A DNA stretch of 61,564 bases, taken from an uncultured Clostridium sp. Its GTDB lineage: Bacteria > Bacillota > Clostridia > TANB77 > CAG-508. Location of the stretch: NCBI GenBank assembly GCA_900554565.1, contig USHX01000005.1, positions 1 to 61,564 of the forward strand, read 5' to 3'. The translations under genes and the position numbers were made by a program. The stretch's first letter is position 1, and every line of letters begins with the position of its first letter. This document shows, piece by piece, positions 40,813 to 50,962 of the stretch. The notes under the pieces are model-generated. The model saw nothing but the letters and a program-made list of their open reading frames with translations, did not search any database and was not told the DNA's origin.

Positions 40813-41856
40813 ATGTCGCGCAGAGAAAAAACAATAAAAAAAGGAGAGTGGAGCTATATTTTAAACACAAAATTAAAATACTACACAAAAGAAATTTTAA
40901 AGTATTTTAACATAGTAGTAATAGCATTTGGTTTTATTATCGCGATAATATTAATAAAATATAAGCCAATGTATAAGGTTAGTATTTCTGGTGAAGAAGT
41001 AGGATATATACAAGCAAAAGAAGCATTTATTGAAAATATAAAAAAGAATTTAAAAGAAGAAAGTAACAAAAATATTGAATCAATAGATGTAAAAACAGAA
41101 CCAGAATACGAGTTAAAATTAGTAAATAGAACACTTACATCAAATGAAGAAGAAGTTGCAAAAAAAGTAGAAGAGAACGTAGAAGTAACATATAAATATT
41201 ATGAAATAGCCTCAAACAATGAAACAATAGAAAAAGTAAATACAAAAGAAGAGGCAGAAGAAGTAGTAAATAATATAAACGAAGAAAACAAAGAAGATGT
41301 AAGTATAATAGAGAAATACACACAAAATGGAGAAGATGTGGAAACATCAACTGTTGAAGTAGCTAAAACAAACATTCAAGAAAAACTAGAACAAAAGCAA
41401 GAAGAGCAAAAACAAAAAGAAGAACAAGAAGCTAAAGAAAAAGAGGAAGAAACAGCTATAGCAGATATAAACGGAATAAAAATAGCAACTAAACCAATAT
41501 CAGGAATGATAACTTCAAGATATGGAGTAAGTAGTAGCATAAGAAAATCAACACATACAGGTTTAGATATTTCCGCAACAACAGGGACACCAATAAAAGC
41601 AGTAGCAAGTGGAACAGTAACTTGTGCAAGTTATACTGGTTCATATGGTAATTTAGTAAAAATAGAGCATGGAAATGGTGTAGAAACTTGGTATGGACAT
41701 ACAAGTAAAATGTATGTAAGTGTTGGACAAAAAATTTCAGCAGGAGATGTAATTGCAGCTGTTGGTTCAACAGGAAATTCAACAGGGCCTCATTTACATT
41801 TAGAAATAAGAATAAATGGAACACATGTAAATCCACAAAAATATTTATATAACTAG
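40813..41856 (+). CDS. membrane-anchored M23 (LytM-domain) peptidoglycan endopeptidase
   Basis: HTGLDISA, GNLVKIEHGNG..T.YGH, GSTGNSTGPHLHLEI. Glu/Lys-rich linker. Confidence 0.88.
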   Translation: MSRREKTIKKGEWSYILNTKLKYYTKEILKYFNIVVIAFGFIIAIILIKYKPMYKVSISGEEVGYIQAKEAFIENIKKNLKEESNKNIESIDVKTEPEYELKLVNRTLTSNEEEVAKKVEENVEVTYKYYEIASNNETIEKVNTKEEAEEVVNNINEENKEDVSIIEKYTQNGEDVETSTVEVAKTNIQEKLEQKQEEQKQKEEQEAKEKEEETAIADINGIKIATKPISGMITSRYGVSSSIRKSTHTGLDISATTGTPIKAVASGTVTCASYTGSYGNLVKIEHGNGVETWYGHTSKMYVSVGQKISAGDVIAAVGSTGNSTGPHLHLEIRINGTHVNPQKYLYN

Positions 41857-42036
41857 GTCACAGTAGGAAAATCCTATTGTGGCTTTTTCTTTTGTTAGTA
41901 GATAATGGTTTTGATAAAGTTTTCAAAAGCAATATATATTAACGACATTTTTTTCTTGACAATGTTAGAACATTATAGATATAATTATCATGAAAACAAA
42001 AGCAAAATTATAGTTTTCAAGATAGGAGGATTTTTT

Positions 42037-44652
42037 ATGGCAAACCAAGAAATGCAAGAAGAACAAAAAGTTGAAAACATGATTAATGAACTAGTAGAAA
42101 AAGCCAAAGTAGCAGAAAAAGAATACCTAAAATTGGACCAAAAAACAGTAGATAATGTAGTAAAAGCAATGTCAATGGCAGGTCTAGAACACCATATGGA
42201 ACTTGCTAAGATGGCAGTAGAAGAAACAAACAGAGGAATATATGAAGATAAAATAACAAAGAACATGTTCGCAACAGAATATGTATATCACAGCATAAAA
42301 TACGAAAAAACAGTAGGAATAATAAATGAAAATGAAGAAGAAGGATATGTTGAAATAGCAGAACCAATAGGGATAATTGCAGGGGTAACACCAGTTACAA
42401 ATCCAACATCAACAACAATGTTTAAATCAATAATATCAGCAAAAACAAGAAATGTAATAATATTTGGATTTCATCCATCAGCACAAAAATGTAGTAAAAG
42501 AGCTGCTGAAATATTAAGAGATGCAGCTGTAAAAGCTGGTGCGCCAGAAAATTGCATATTGTGGATTGAAGAACCAAGTATATTGGCAACAAAATTACTT
42601 ATGAATCACCCAGATGTAAACCTAATATTAGCAACAGGTGGAACTGGAATGGTAAAATCAGCATACTCTTGTGGAAAACCAGCATTAGGAGTAGGACCAG
42701 GAAATGTACCATGTTACATAGACAAAACAGCAAAACTAAAAACATCTGTAAATGATTTAGTATTATCAAAATCATTTGACAATGGAATGATTTGTGCTTC
42801 AGAACAGGCAGTATTAGTAGATAAAGAAATATACCAAGAATTCGAAAAACTAATGAGAGAAGCAGGATGCTATTTTGTAAGTGAAGAAGAAAAAGAAAAA
42901 CTAAAAAATAGTATGTTTGATTTTAATGAAGAAAACGGATACAAATTAAAATCACATGTACCAGGAAAATCACCATATCAAATAGCTAAAGAAGCAGGAT
43001 TTGAAGTACCAGAAGAAACAAAAGTATTAGTTGTTTATGAAGAAGGAATTGGAAAAGAATATCCATTCTCAAAAGAAAAATTAAGTCCAGTACTTACATA
43101 TTACATTGTAAACAATGAAGATGAAGGAATAGAAAAATCAGAAAAATTACTAGAATTTGGAGGACTTGGACATTCAGCAGTAATACATTCAGAAAATGAA
43201 GAAACAATATTAAAATTTTCAAATACAATGAAAGCAGGAAGAATAATAGTAAACTCTCCATCAACACATGGAGCCATAGGTGACATATACAATACAAATA
43301 TGCCATCATTAACACTTGGTTGTGGATCATTTGGTGGAAACTCAACAACAGCAAATGTATCATCAGTAAATTTAATTAATATAAAAAGAACAAGTAAAAG
43401 GAGAGTTAATATGCAATGGTTTAAAGTTCCAGAAAAAATATATTTTGAAGCAGGCTCAATAGGCTACTTAGAAAAAATGCCAGATATAGAAAGGGCATTT
43501 ATAGTAACAGATGAATCAATGGTAAAATTAGGATATGTAGATAAAATCCTTTATCATTTAAGAAATAGAAAACAATATGTACATTCACAAATATTTAGTG
43601 AAGTAGAATCAGATCCATCATTTGACACAATAAAAAAAGGTGTAAAAGCAATGGAAACATTCAAGCCAGATGTAGTAATTGCATTAGGTGGTGGAAGTCC
43701 AATAGATGCAGCAAAAGGAATGTGGCTATTTTATGAACATCCAGATGCAGATGTAGAAGGACTAAAATTAAAATTTATGGATATCAGAAAACGTACATAT
43801 AAATTTCCTAAATTAGGTGAAAAATGCAAAATGGTAGCAATACCAACAACATCTGGAACAGGTTCAGAAGTAACATCTTTTGCAGTAATAACAGACAAAG
43901 AAAAAAATAAAAAATATCCATTAGCAGACTATGAGCTAACACCAGATGTAGCAATAGTAGATCCAGACTTAGTAATGAGCCTTCCAAAATCAATTACAGC
44001 AGACACAGGAATGGATGTTTTAACACATAGTATAGAAAGTTATGTTTCAAATATGGCTTCAGACTATACAGATGGGCTAGCAGAAAAAGCTGCAGAATTA
44101 ATAATGAATTATCTAGAAACAGCATATAATAATGGAAGTGACAGACAAGCAAGAGAAAAAGTTCATAATGCAAGCACAATAGCAGGAATGTCATTCACAA
44201 ATGCATTTTTAGGAATAAACCATTCATTAGCACACAAAATGGGTGCGGAATTCCACTTACCACATGGAAGAATAAATGCAATATTATTACCATATGTAAT
44301 AAAATACAACAGTAGCAAACCAACAAAATTTGTATCATTCCCAAAATATGAATATTTTATAGCTGATGAAAAATATTACCAATTAGCTAAAAAATTAGGG
44401 TTAAAAGCAGATACAAAAGAAGAAGGAATAAAGAGCTTAATAGAAAAAATACAAGAAATGAATGTGAATATGAATATTCCAAAATCATTTAAAGACGCTG
44501 GAGTAGATGAGCAAGAATTTTTAGCAAAAGTTGATATGCTTGCAGATAGAGCTTTTGAAGATCAATGTACAACTGCAAATCCAAGATTGCCATTAGTATC
44601 AGAATTAAAACAAATATTATTAGATAGCTATTATGGTAAAGAAATATTTTAG
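42037..44652 (+). CDS. adhE: bifunctional acetaldehyde-CoA / alcohol dehydrogenase
   Basis: ALDH half (ICASEQ catalytic Cys) plus Fe-ADH half (GGGSPIDAAK, HSLAHK). ATG 42037 follows ataggagga; the track start 41905 is an extension. Confidence 0.95.
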   Translation: MANQEMQEEQKVENMINELVEKAKVAEKEYLKLDQKTVDNVVKAMSMAGLEHHMELAKMAVEETNRGIYEDKITKNMFATEYVYHSIKYEKTVGIINENEEEGYVEIAEPIGIIAGVTPVTNPTSTTMFKSIISAKTRNVIIFGFHPSAQKCSKRAAEILRDAAVKAGAPENCILWIEEPSILATKLLMNHPDVNLILATGGTGMVKSAYSCGKPALGVGPGNVPCYIDKTAKLKTSVNDLVLSKSFDNGMICASEQAVLVDKEIYQEFEKLMREAGCYFVSEEEKEKLKNSMFDFNEENGYKLKSHVPGKSPYQIAKEAGFEVPEETKVLVVYEEGIGKEYPFSKEKLSPVLTYYIVNNEDEGIEKSEKLLEFGGLGHSAVIHSENEETILKFSNTMKAGRIIVNSPSTHGAIGDIYNTNMPSLTLGCGSFGGNSTTANVSSVNLINIKRTSKRRVNMQWFKVPEKIYFEAGSIGYLEKMPDIERAFIVTDESMVKLGYVDKILYHLRNRKQYVHSQIFSEVESDPSFDTIKKGVKAMETFKPDVVIALGGGSPIDAAKGMWLFYEHPDADVEGLKLKFMDIRKRTYKFPKLGEKCKMVAIPTTSGTGSEVTSFAVITDKEKNKKYPLADYELTPDVAIVDPDLVMSLPKSITADTGMDVLTHSIESYVSNMASDYTDGLAEKAAELIMNYLETAYNNGSDRQAREKVHNASTIAGMSFTNAFLGINHSLAHKMGAEFHLPHGRINAILLPYVIKYNSSKPTKFVSFPKYEYFIADEKYYQLAKKLGLKADTKEEGIKSLIEKIQEMNVNMNIPKSFKDAGVDEQEFLAKVDMLADRAFEDQCTTANPRLPLVSELKQILLDSYYGKEIF

Positions 44653-44757
44653 GCAAAAATATTATTTTGAAAGATAGACAGAAAATAAAAGCCGTAAGTT
44701 AAGGTAATACCTTAGTTTACAACTTTTATTTTTTGTTTTTTAATAATATTTTAAAAG

Positions 44758-46149
44758 TTAGAATTCACAATTTTTTGGTGTTCTTGGGAAAGGAATAACA
44801 TCACGAATATTTTGCATACCTGTTAAATACATAATAGCTCTTTCAAATCCAAGACCAAAACCAGCATGGTTACAAGATCCATATTTTCTTAAATCTAAAT
44901 ACCATTCATAATTTTCAATTGGCATATCAAGTTCTTTCATTCTATTTAACAATTTATCGTAATTTTCTTCTCTTTGGCTTCCACCAACAATTTCTCCAAT
45001 TCCTGGAACTAATAAATCAGCAGCTGCAACAGTTTTTCCATCTGAATTTAATTTCATGTAAAATGCCTTTATATCTTTTGGATAATCTGTTACAAATACA
45101 GGTTTTTTAAATATTTGCTCACATAAAAATCTTTCATGTTCAGTTTGTAAGTCAAGTCCCCAGAAAACTTTAACTTCAAATTTATCATTATATTTTTCAA
45201 GCTCTTTAACAGCATCAGTGTAGCTTATTCTAGCAAAATCAGAATTTATTACATTATCTAATCTATCTAAAAGACCTTTGTCAATAAATTGATTGAAAAA
45301 AGCCATTTCTTCAGGACAATTATCTAAAACATATTTGAAAATATATTTAATCATATCTTCTGCTAAGTCCATATCATCTTTTAAATCTGCAAAACAAATT
45401 TCAGGTTCAATCATCCAAAATTCAGCAGCATGTTTTACAGTGTTTGAATTCTCAGCTCTAAATGTTGGACCAAATGTATATACATTGCAAAAACTTTGTG
45501 CAAATGTTTCAGCATTTAATTGTCCACTTACTGTTAAATGCGCAGATTTTCCAAAGAAATCTTTAGAAAAATCAGGTTCACCATTTTCAAGTTTTGGAAC
45601 ATTTGCTAAATCAAAAGAGTTTACATTAAACATCTCTCCAGCACCTTCAGCATCACTTCCTGTAATTAAAGGTGTATTTACATATACGAAGTTTCTTTCT
45701 TGGAAAAATTTATGTATTGCATATGCTAAAACACTTCTTACTCTGAATACTGCATTAAAAGTATTTGCTCTTGGTCTTAAATGTGCTATTGTTCTTAGAT
45801 ATTCAAAAGAATGTTTTTTCTTTTGAAGAGGATAGCTATTGTCTGACATACTAAATATTTCAATATTTGTTGCTTGAATTTCAAATGGTTGTTTAGCATT
45901 TTCAGTTAAAACAACTTTTCCTGTTACTTTTATTGTTGAACTAATTGTTAGTTTTTTTACTTTTTCAAAATTAGATAGTTTATCTGTGAAAACTATTTGA
46001 ACATTTTTGAAAAATGTTCCATCATTTATTTCTATGAAACCAAATGTTTTTGAATCTCTTAGAGTTTTTACCCATGCTTCTAATGTTATTTCTTGGTCTA
46101 CATACTTTTCTGTTTGTTTGTATAAATCTCTTATGCTTATTTCTCTCAT
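44758..46149 (-). CDS. asnS: asparagine--tRNA ligase
   Basis: N-terminal OB anticodon domain, [23 protein letters not shown]. 463 aa. Confidence 0.95.
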   Translation of the reverse strand: MREISIRDLYKQTEKYVDQEITLEAWVKTLRDSKTFGFIEINDGTFFKNVQIVFTDKLSNFEKVKKLTISSTIKVTGKVVLTENAKQPFEIQATNIEIFSMSDNSYPLQKKKHSFEYLRTIAHLRPRANTFNAVFRVRSVLAYAIHKFFQERNFVYVNTPLITGSDAEGAGEMFNVNSFDLANVPKLENGEPDFSKDFFGKSAHLTVSGQLNAETFAQSFCNVYTFGPTFRAENSNTVKHAAEFWMIEPEICFADLKDDMDLAEDMIKYIFKYVLDNCPEEMAFFNQFIDKGLLDRLDNVINSDFARISYTDAVKELEKYNDKFEVKVFWGLDLQTEHERFLCEQIFKKPVFVTDYPKDIKAFYMKLNSDGKTVAAADLLVPGIGEIVGGSQREENYDKLLNRMKELDMPIENYEWYLDLRKYGSCNHAGFGLGFERAIMYLTGMQNIRDVIPFPRTPKNCEF

Positions 46150-46342
46150 ATTATCCCTCCGATTATTTAAACTTTCATTATTATATTACAGTTTTTAGCA
46201 TATTTCAATAGGAACCATAGGTTTTTAAAAAGTTTTAGAGCTGAAAAGCTTTACAAAGAAGTAAAAAGATGCTAATATAATTAACATAATGGCAAAAGCC
46301 ATGTTGTACATAATATCGTAAGACAACAAGGAGGAACAGACA

Positions 46343-47179
46343 ATGGAAAAACGATATGAAAAGAAAGTGTTAGAAAAAGGAACAACTATTTATGGGGATC
46401 ATACAAATCCACCAATTCCTGAAGGATACAATTATGTATTTGGAAGCTGGAATGGAGGATATACTATTGTAAATTGTTTGGGTGATGCGTTTGTATGGGT
46501 TCCAATAGGTGCTCTAGAAAAGAATGGAGTATTTAAAGGAAAGTTAGAAAAATTCGGGCGAAGACCAAGTTTAGACAAACCTTTTGTTGAGTCAGGTTAC
46601 TATGAAGAAAATTCCAAAGAATTAGAAGAACAATTTGAAATGGTCAAAAAATATGGTGGAATTTATATTTCAAAAAATTTGATTTCCAAAACGCCGAGAA
46701 ATGAGGTGCACTCATACGTAGAAAGATTTCCTTGGGTCAATATTAGCATTGATGAAGCTAGAGCAGTTATCAAGGAAGCTTTTGAAACTGAAAAAGTTGG
46801 CGCTGGAGTAGTAACAGCATCTCTATATGATTCAATTTTAGAATTGTTGATTGAATTAGGTGTTAAGAATACTGATGAAATAGTAAAAGATTCTTCAAGC
46901 TGGGGAAACTTTGCAGAATTACCATATGTGAAAGATCCGAAACCAAAATTAGAAATGACAGGAGTACATCCAGAAAATAGGGTAATTGGAATTAATGATT
47001 TAGCTGGAAATGTTGGAGAGTTAACATTAGAAAGTAATACTTTCACTAAGACTAAAGCAACTGTTAGAGGAGGAGGTTACGGACATTGTGATAATTATGC
47101 AAATGTAGCCTTTAGATCACAAGTAAGTTCATCTGGACATAGTGCTGTAGGATTCAGAGCGGTACTTTTTATAAAATAA
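46343..47179 (+). CDS. SUMF1/FGE-fold (formylglycine-generating-enzyme-like) domain protein
   Basis: C-terminal NDLAGNVGE.T......VRGGGY........R........VGFR pattern. Tentative. Confidence 0.55.
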   Translation: MEKRYEKKVLEKGTTIYGDHTNPPIPEGYNYVFGSWNGGYTIVNCLGDAFVWVPIGALEKNGVFKGKLEKFGRRPSLDKPFVESGYYEENSKELEEQFEMVKKYGGIYISKNLISKTPRNEVHSYVERFPWVNISIDEARAVIKEAFETEKVGAGVVTASLYDSILELLIELGVKNTDEIVKDSSSWGNFAELPYVKDPKPKLEMTGVHPENRVIGINDLAGNVGELTLESNTFTKTKATVRGGGYGHCDNYANVAFRSQVSSSGHSAVGFRAVLFIK

Positions 47180-47248
47180 TAACACGAAAAAAAGAAAGAT
47201 TTTGAAATTTCAAGTCTTTCTTTTTTATAAATATTGCATGAAAAGATA

Positions 47249-47277
47249 TTGACAATGTAAAAACTAGACAATATAAT
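47249..47277 (+). promoter_or_regulatory. sigma-A type promoter (TTGACA, 17 nt spacer, TATAAT) upstream of the ABC exporter operon
   Basis: Perfect consensus hexamers at 47249-47254 and 47272-47277. A second extended -10 (TGaTATAAT) lies near 47380. Confidence 0.55.
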
Positions 47278-47408
47278 TAAACAAAAGTTTGGGATGCATG
47301 ATGTGGAGGAAAATATAAAAAAATAAGAAAATAACAAAATAATATTTGTAGATTTTTTAAGCAAACATTTGATATAATGTAATTGCCAAAAAATGAAAGG
47401 AAAAAAGT

Positions 47409-49169
47409 ATGAAAAAAAGTTTTTTAAATAGGACACTAAAAGGTACAAAAATATATATGATTCTAATCTTAATATTAAGTGCAATATATTCAAGATTACT
47501 GGTATATATACCTATGTTTATACAATATGCACTTGATGGTGTAATAATGGAAAAAGAAAGCATAATTCCAAGTTTAATAAGAAATTTATTTTATTCAAGT
47601 AACAAGTTATCAAAGATAATAGTTCTGGTTTTAGTATTAATAATGGTAAATATATTAGTATTTGTTGTAAAGTACTTGAAGAGTAAGATTAATACAAAAT
47701 TTAATTTAATAATAAATAGAAATGTCAAAGAAACAGTTTTAGATTATATTCCTAAAATAAATTATATGCAATTCAGCAATATAGACAAATCAAATGTAAT
47801 TCAAAGAGTAAATAATGATGCTACTACATATTCTGAATTTTTTAATTCTCAACTAAATTTATTTTTTGATACAATTTTTATTGTTATATTCGCAGTAGCA
47901 CAAACATTGAAATTAAATAGTACTGTTGGATTATTTATAGCTATAATTTGTGGAATGATAGTTGCATTATCTGTATGGTATTTTAAAGCATCAAGACCAT
48001 TAGTAGAAGATATTGTTGAAAAAAATAGAGAAGTAATAAATAAAACTACAATAGAAATAGAAGAATCTAAAATGCTAAAAATATTTAATAGAAGAGATAA
48101 AGAAATAGAAGATTTTTCAAAAATGAATAATAATTACAAGAAAAAAGAAATAGAACTAGCCAAAAAGAAAGTATTATATGGAATTGGAACACACACTTTA
48201 AGAAACTTTAAAGAACCATTTATATTATTATGGGGTGGAATATTAGTTGTACAAGGGGAAATGACACTTGCTACTATATCAATCTTATTAACATATTCAA
48301 CAAAAATATTAGAATACGTACATGAATCAGTAGATAAACTAAAGACAATAAATGAATTTGTTGTAGCGTATAAGAAGTTGTCAAATTTAATGAACTTAGA
48401 TGAAGATATAGAAAAAAATCCTTACATAAAAATAGATGGCGATATTGTTTTTGAGAATGTAAGCATAAAACTAAATGATAATACTGTATTAAAAAACTTG
48501 AATTTTACAATAAATAGAAATGAGAATGTAGCAATTATAGGAGATAACGGATCAGGGAAAACAGTTCTTTCAAAAACTTTAATAGGTTTTTATGATTATA
48601 CAGGAAATATATATATTGGACAACAAAATATAAAGGATATAAGTAAAAAGAGTTTAAGAGATTATATAGGAGTAGTTCTTCAAGACACGTATTTATTTAC
48701 AGATACTATTAAAGACAACATAAAGATTACAAATCAACTTATAAAAGATGAAAAAATAATAGAGGCTTGTAAATTAGCAGATATATACGAAGATATAAAA
48801 AGGTTTGATAAAAACATAGATTACATGATAGGAAAAGGCGGAAATAACATTTCAGGAGGACAAAAACAAAGAATTGCAATAGCAAGAACTTTAATAAAAC
48901 AAAGCAAATTTATAGTTTTTGATGATTCACTATCAAAACTTGACACAAGAACAAAACTAAATATATTAAACAATATTATAAAAATGAAAATTGGAACGAT
49001 AATAATTTCACACGATTTGGAAGTAGTGAAAAGATGCGATAAAGTTTTATTTATAAACAATAAAATTATTGAAATTGGAAAACATGAAGATTTAATGAAA
49101 TCAAACGAATCATATAAAGAAATTATAGAAATTAATAAAAATAAAATAATAGAAGATGAGGAAATTTAA
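47409..49169 (+). CDS. ABC exporter, fused permease/ATPase subunit 1
   Basis: Six-TM ABC_membrane region, Walker A GDNGSGKT, signature ISGGQKQR, Walker B FIVFDD. Confidence 0.9.
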   Translation: MKKSFLNRTLKGTKIYMILILILSAIYSRLLVYIPMFIQYALDGVIMEKESIIPSLIRNLFYSSNKLSKIIVLVLVLIMVNILVFVVKYLKSKINTKFNLIINRNVKETVLDYIPKINYMQFSNIDKSNVIQRVNNDATTYSEFFNSQLNLFFDTIFIVIFAVAQTLKLNSTVGLFIAIICGMIVALSVWYFKASRPLVEDIVEKNREVINKTTIEIEESKMLKIFNRRDKEIEDFSKMNNNYKKKEIELAKKKVLYGIGTHTLRNFKEPFILLWGGILVVQGEMTLATISILLTYSTKILEYVHESVDKLKTINEFVVAYKKLSNLMNLDEDIEKNPYIKIDGDIVFENVSIKLNDNTVLKNLNFTINRNENVAIIGDNGSGKTVLSKTLIGFYDYTGNIYIGQQNIKDISKKSLRDYIGVVLQDTYLFTDTIKDNIKITNQLIKDEKIIEACKLADIYEDIKRFDKNIDYMIGKGGNNISGGQKQRIAIARTLIKQSKFIVFDDSLSKLDTRTKLNILNNIIKMKIGTIIISHDLEVVKRCDKVLFINNKIIEIGKHEDLMKSNESYKEIIEINKNKIIEDEEI

Positions 49170-49172
49170 GTA

Positions 49173-50862
49173 ATGTTAAAAGAAATTATAAATAATTACA
49201 AAAAACAATCAATTAAAGTAGCAATTCGGTTGGTTTATAACAAGTATAATAGTAGTAATTTTTATAGCTTTTACAATTGTTATGGTAGAATATGCAATAC
49301 CAAGTAAAGATATAAAATTGATAATAGTGTTAGGAATCAGTTATTTTGGAGTTAATATTTTACGCTCAATTGTTACATTTTTTGAGGATTTTAATGACGC
49401 AGAATTTCAAAAAGAATTAGAAGCGGATTACAGAGAAAAAATTTATATAAAGTTACAAAAAACCACACAAAGTGAGATTGACAAAATAAGAGTGGGAGAA
49501 ATTTTAGAAAATATAATAAATGATACTAAAGAAATTGCAAGATGGTATAATACAGGAATTTGTACCTCTTATTTAGGTGGAGCTGTAAGATTAATTGGAA
49601 CATTACTTGTGTTAATGTATTTAAATATACCAATAGTTACAATAACATTTATGATATATATATTTGGATTTTTTATAACACATATATTTAATAAAAAATC
49701 AATTGAATATACAAAACTAAAAAGAGAAATAAATGCTAAAATACTAAATTGGTCAAATGAACAAGTACAGGGGTATTCTACAATAAAATCATTGGAGATT
49801 GAACACGAAAGAATGGCACAGGTAAAAGGCCTAATATCACAATATGAAAAAGCTACAAACAAATTAGAAAAAAATATTAGAATATATACTTGTTTATATG
49901 ATTTTATAGTCTCATGTGTTGGTGTATTAAATATATTAATTGGATCAATAGGAGTTGAACAAGGAATTATAACATATGGAACAATGATAATTCTTGCAAG
50001 ATATATATCTTCACCAGAAGCATATGCGAAATGGGTAATAGAAGGATTTCAAATAAGAAATATTGGTAAAATATCATATGAACGAATAACTAATATATTA
50101 CAAAAAGAAGAGGAAGAAATAGATAAAGGAATAGAACTAAAAGAAGTAAATAATATTCAGTTTGAAGATGTTAATTTCTCGTATGATAATGAAAAAAATG
50201 TATTAAGCAATATATCATTTAATGTAAACAAAAACGAAAGTGTTGCTTTGATTGGAAGAACAGGCAGTGGAAAGACAAGTTTAGTGAATTTGATTTGTAG
50301 ATTTTACAATTTAGAAGATGGTATTATTAAAATAAATGGAAAAGATTATAAAAAATATAATATAAAAAGTTTAAGAAATAAAATTGGTTACATTATGCAA
50401 AAAGTTGTAATATTTGATGGAACAATTTTAGAAAATATAAATTATGCCAATAAAGATATTTCAAAAGATGAGATAATTGAAATATGTAAAAAGTTAAATT
50501 TACATGCTAAAATAATGTCTTTAAAAGATGGCTATGAAACAAAGATTTCTGGAGATACAGATATTTTTTCAGCAGGCGAAAAACAATTGTTGAATTTTAC
50601 TAGAGTTATGGTTGAAAATCCGGAAATCATAATATTAGATGAGACTACAGCATCACTTTCAGCTAAATCTGAGATGATGGTTAGAAATGCAATTGATGAG
50701 ATAACAAAAGGAAAAATAAGTTTTATTATAGCACATAGACTTTCAACTATTAAAAAATGTGACAAAATATTACTTATGAAGGATGGAAAAATAGTGGAAG
50801 AAGGTAATCACAATGAGTTAATGAGTAAACATGGAGAATACTATCAATTAATGCTTAAATAA
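49173..50862 (+). CDS. ABC exporter, fused permease/ATPase subunit 2. Needs +1 at in-frame CGG 49227
   Basis: ATG 3 nt after the subunit-1 stop. MLKEIINNYKKQSIKVAI-c-GWFITSIIVVIFIAFTIVMVEY restores TM1. Walker A GRTGSGKT, signature FSAGEKQL, Walker B IIILDE. Confidence 0.82.
49227..49230 (+). other. in-frame CGG(T) recoding / frameshift site (ATT CGG T)
   Basis: Codon 19 from ATG 49173. The zero frame stops after 27 more codons; the +1 frame is the 526-codon track ORF. Confidence 0.75.
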
Positions 50863-50962
50863 AATAAAAAAAGTTGCCATATTATTGGCAGCTTTTTTTA
50901 AAATACACCTTTTGTATAAAGACAACATAATATATAACAAAAAGATGAAAGGTGGCAAAAAA

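Noticed and set aside
41905-42036. N-terminal extensions of adhE (from 41905), murA (from 50885), mtgA (to 19051) and spoIIGA (from 57816)
   Set aside because: Internal ATGs with good Shine-Dalgarno spacing coincide with the conserved protein N-termini. The extensions run through promoter or terminator sequence.
46150-46342. T-box leader upstream of asnS
   Set aside because: The leader is under 200 nt, shared with a divergent gene, and shows no specifier-loop/T-box (..GGTGGTACCGCG..) sequence or terminator/antiterminator pair.
47294-47326. 10-codon mini-ORF (MHDVEENIKK) in the leader of the ABC exporter operon as a regulatory leader peptide
   Set aside because: It has a weak RBS and no obvious attenuator structure downstream; an ORF this short is expected by chance.
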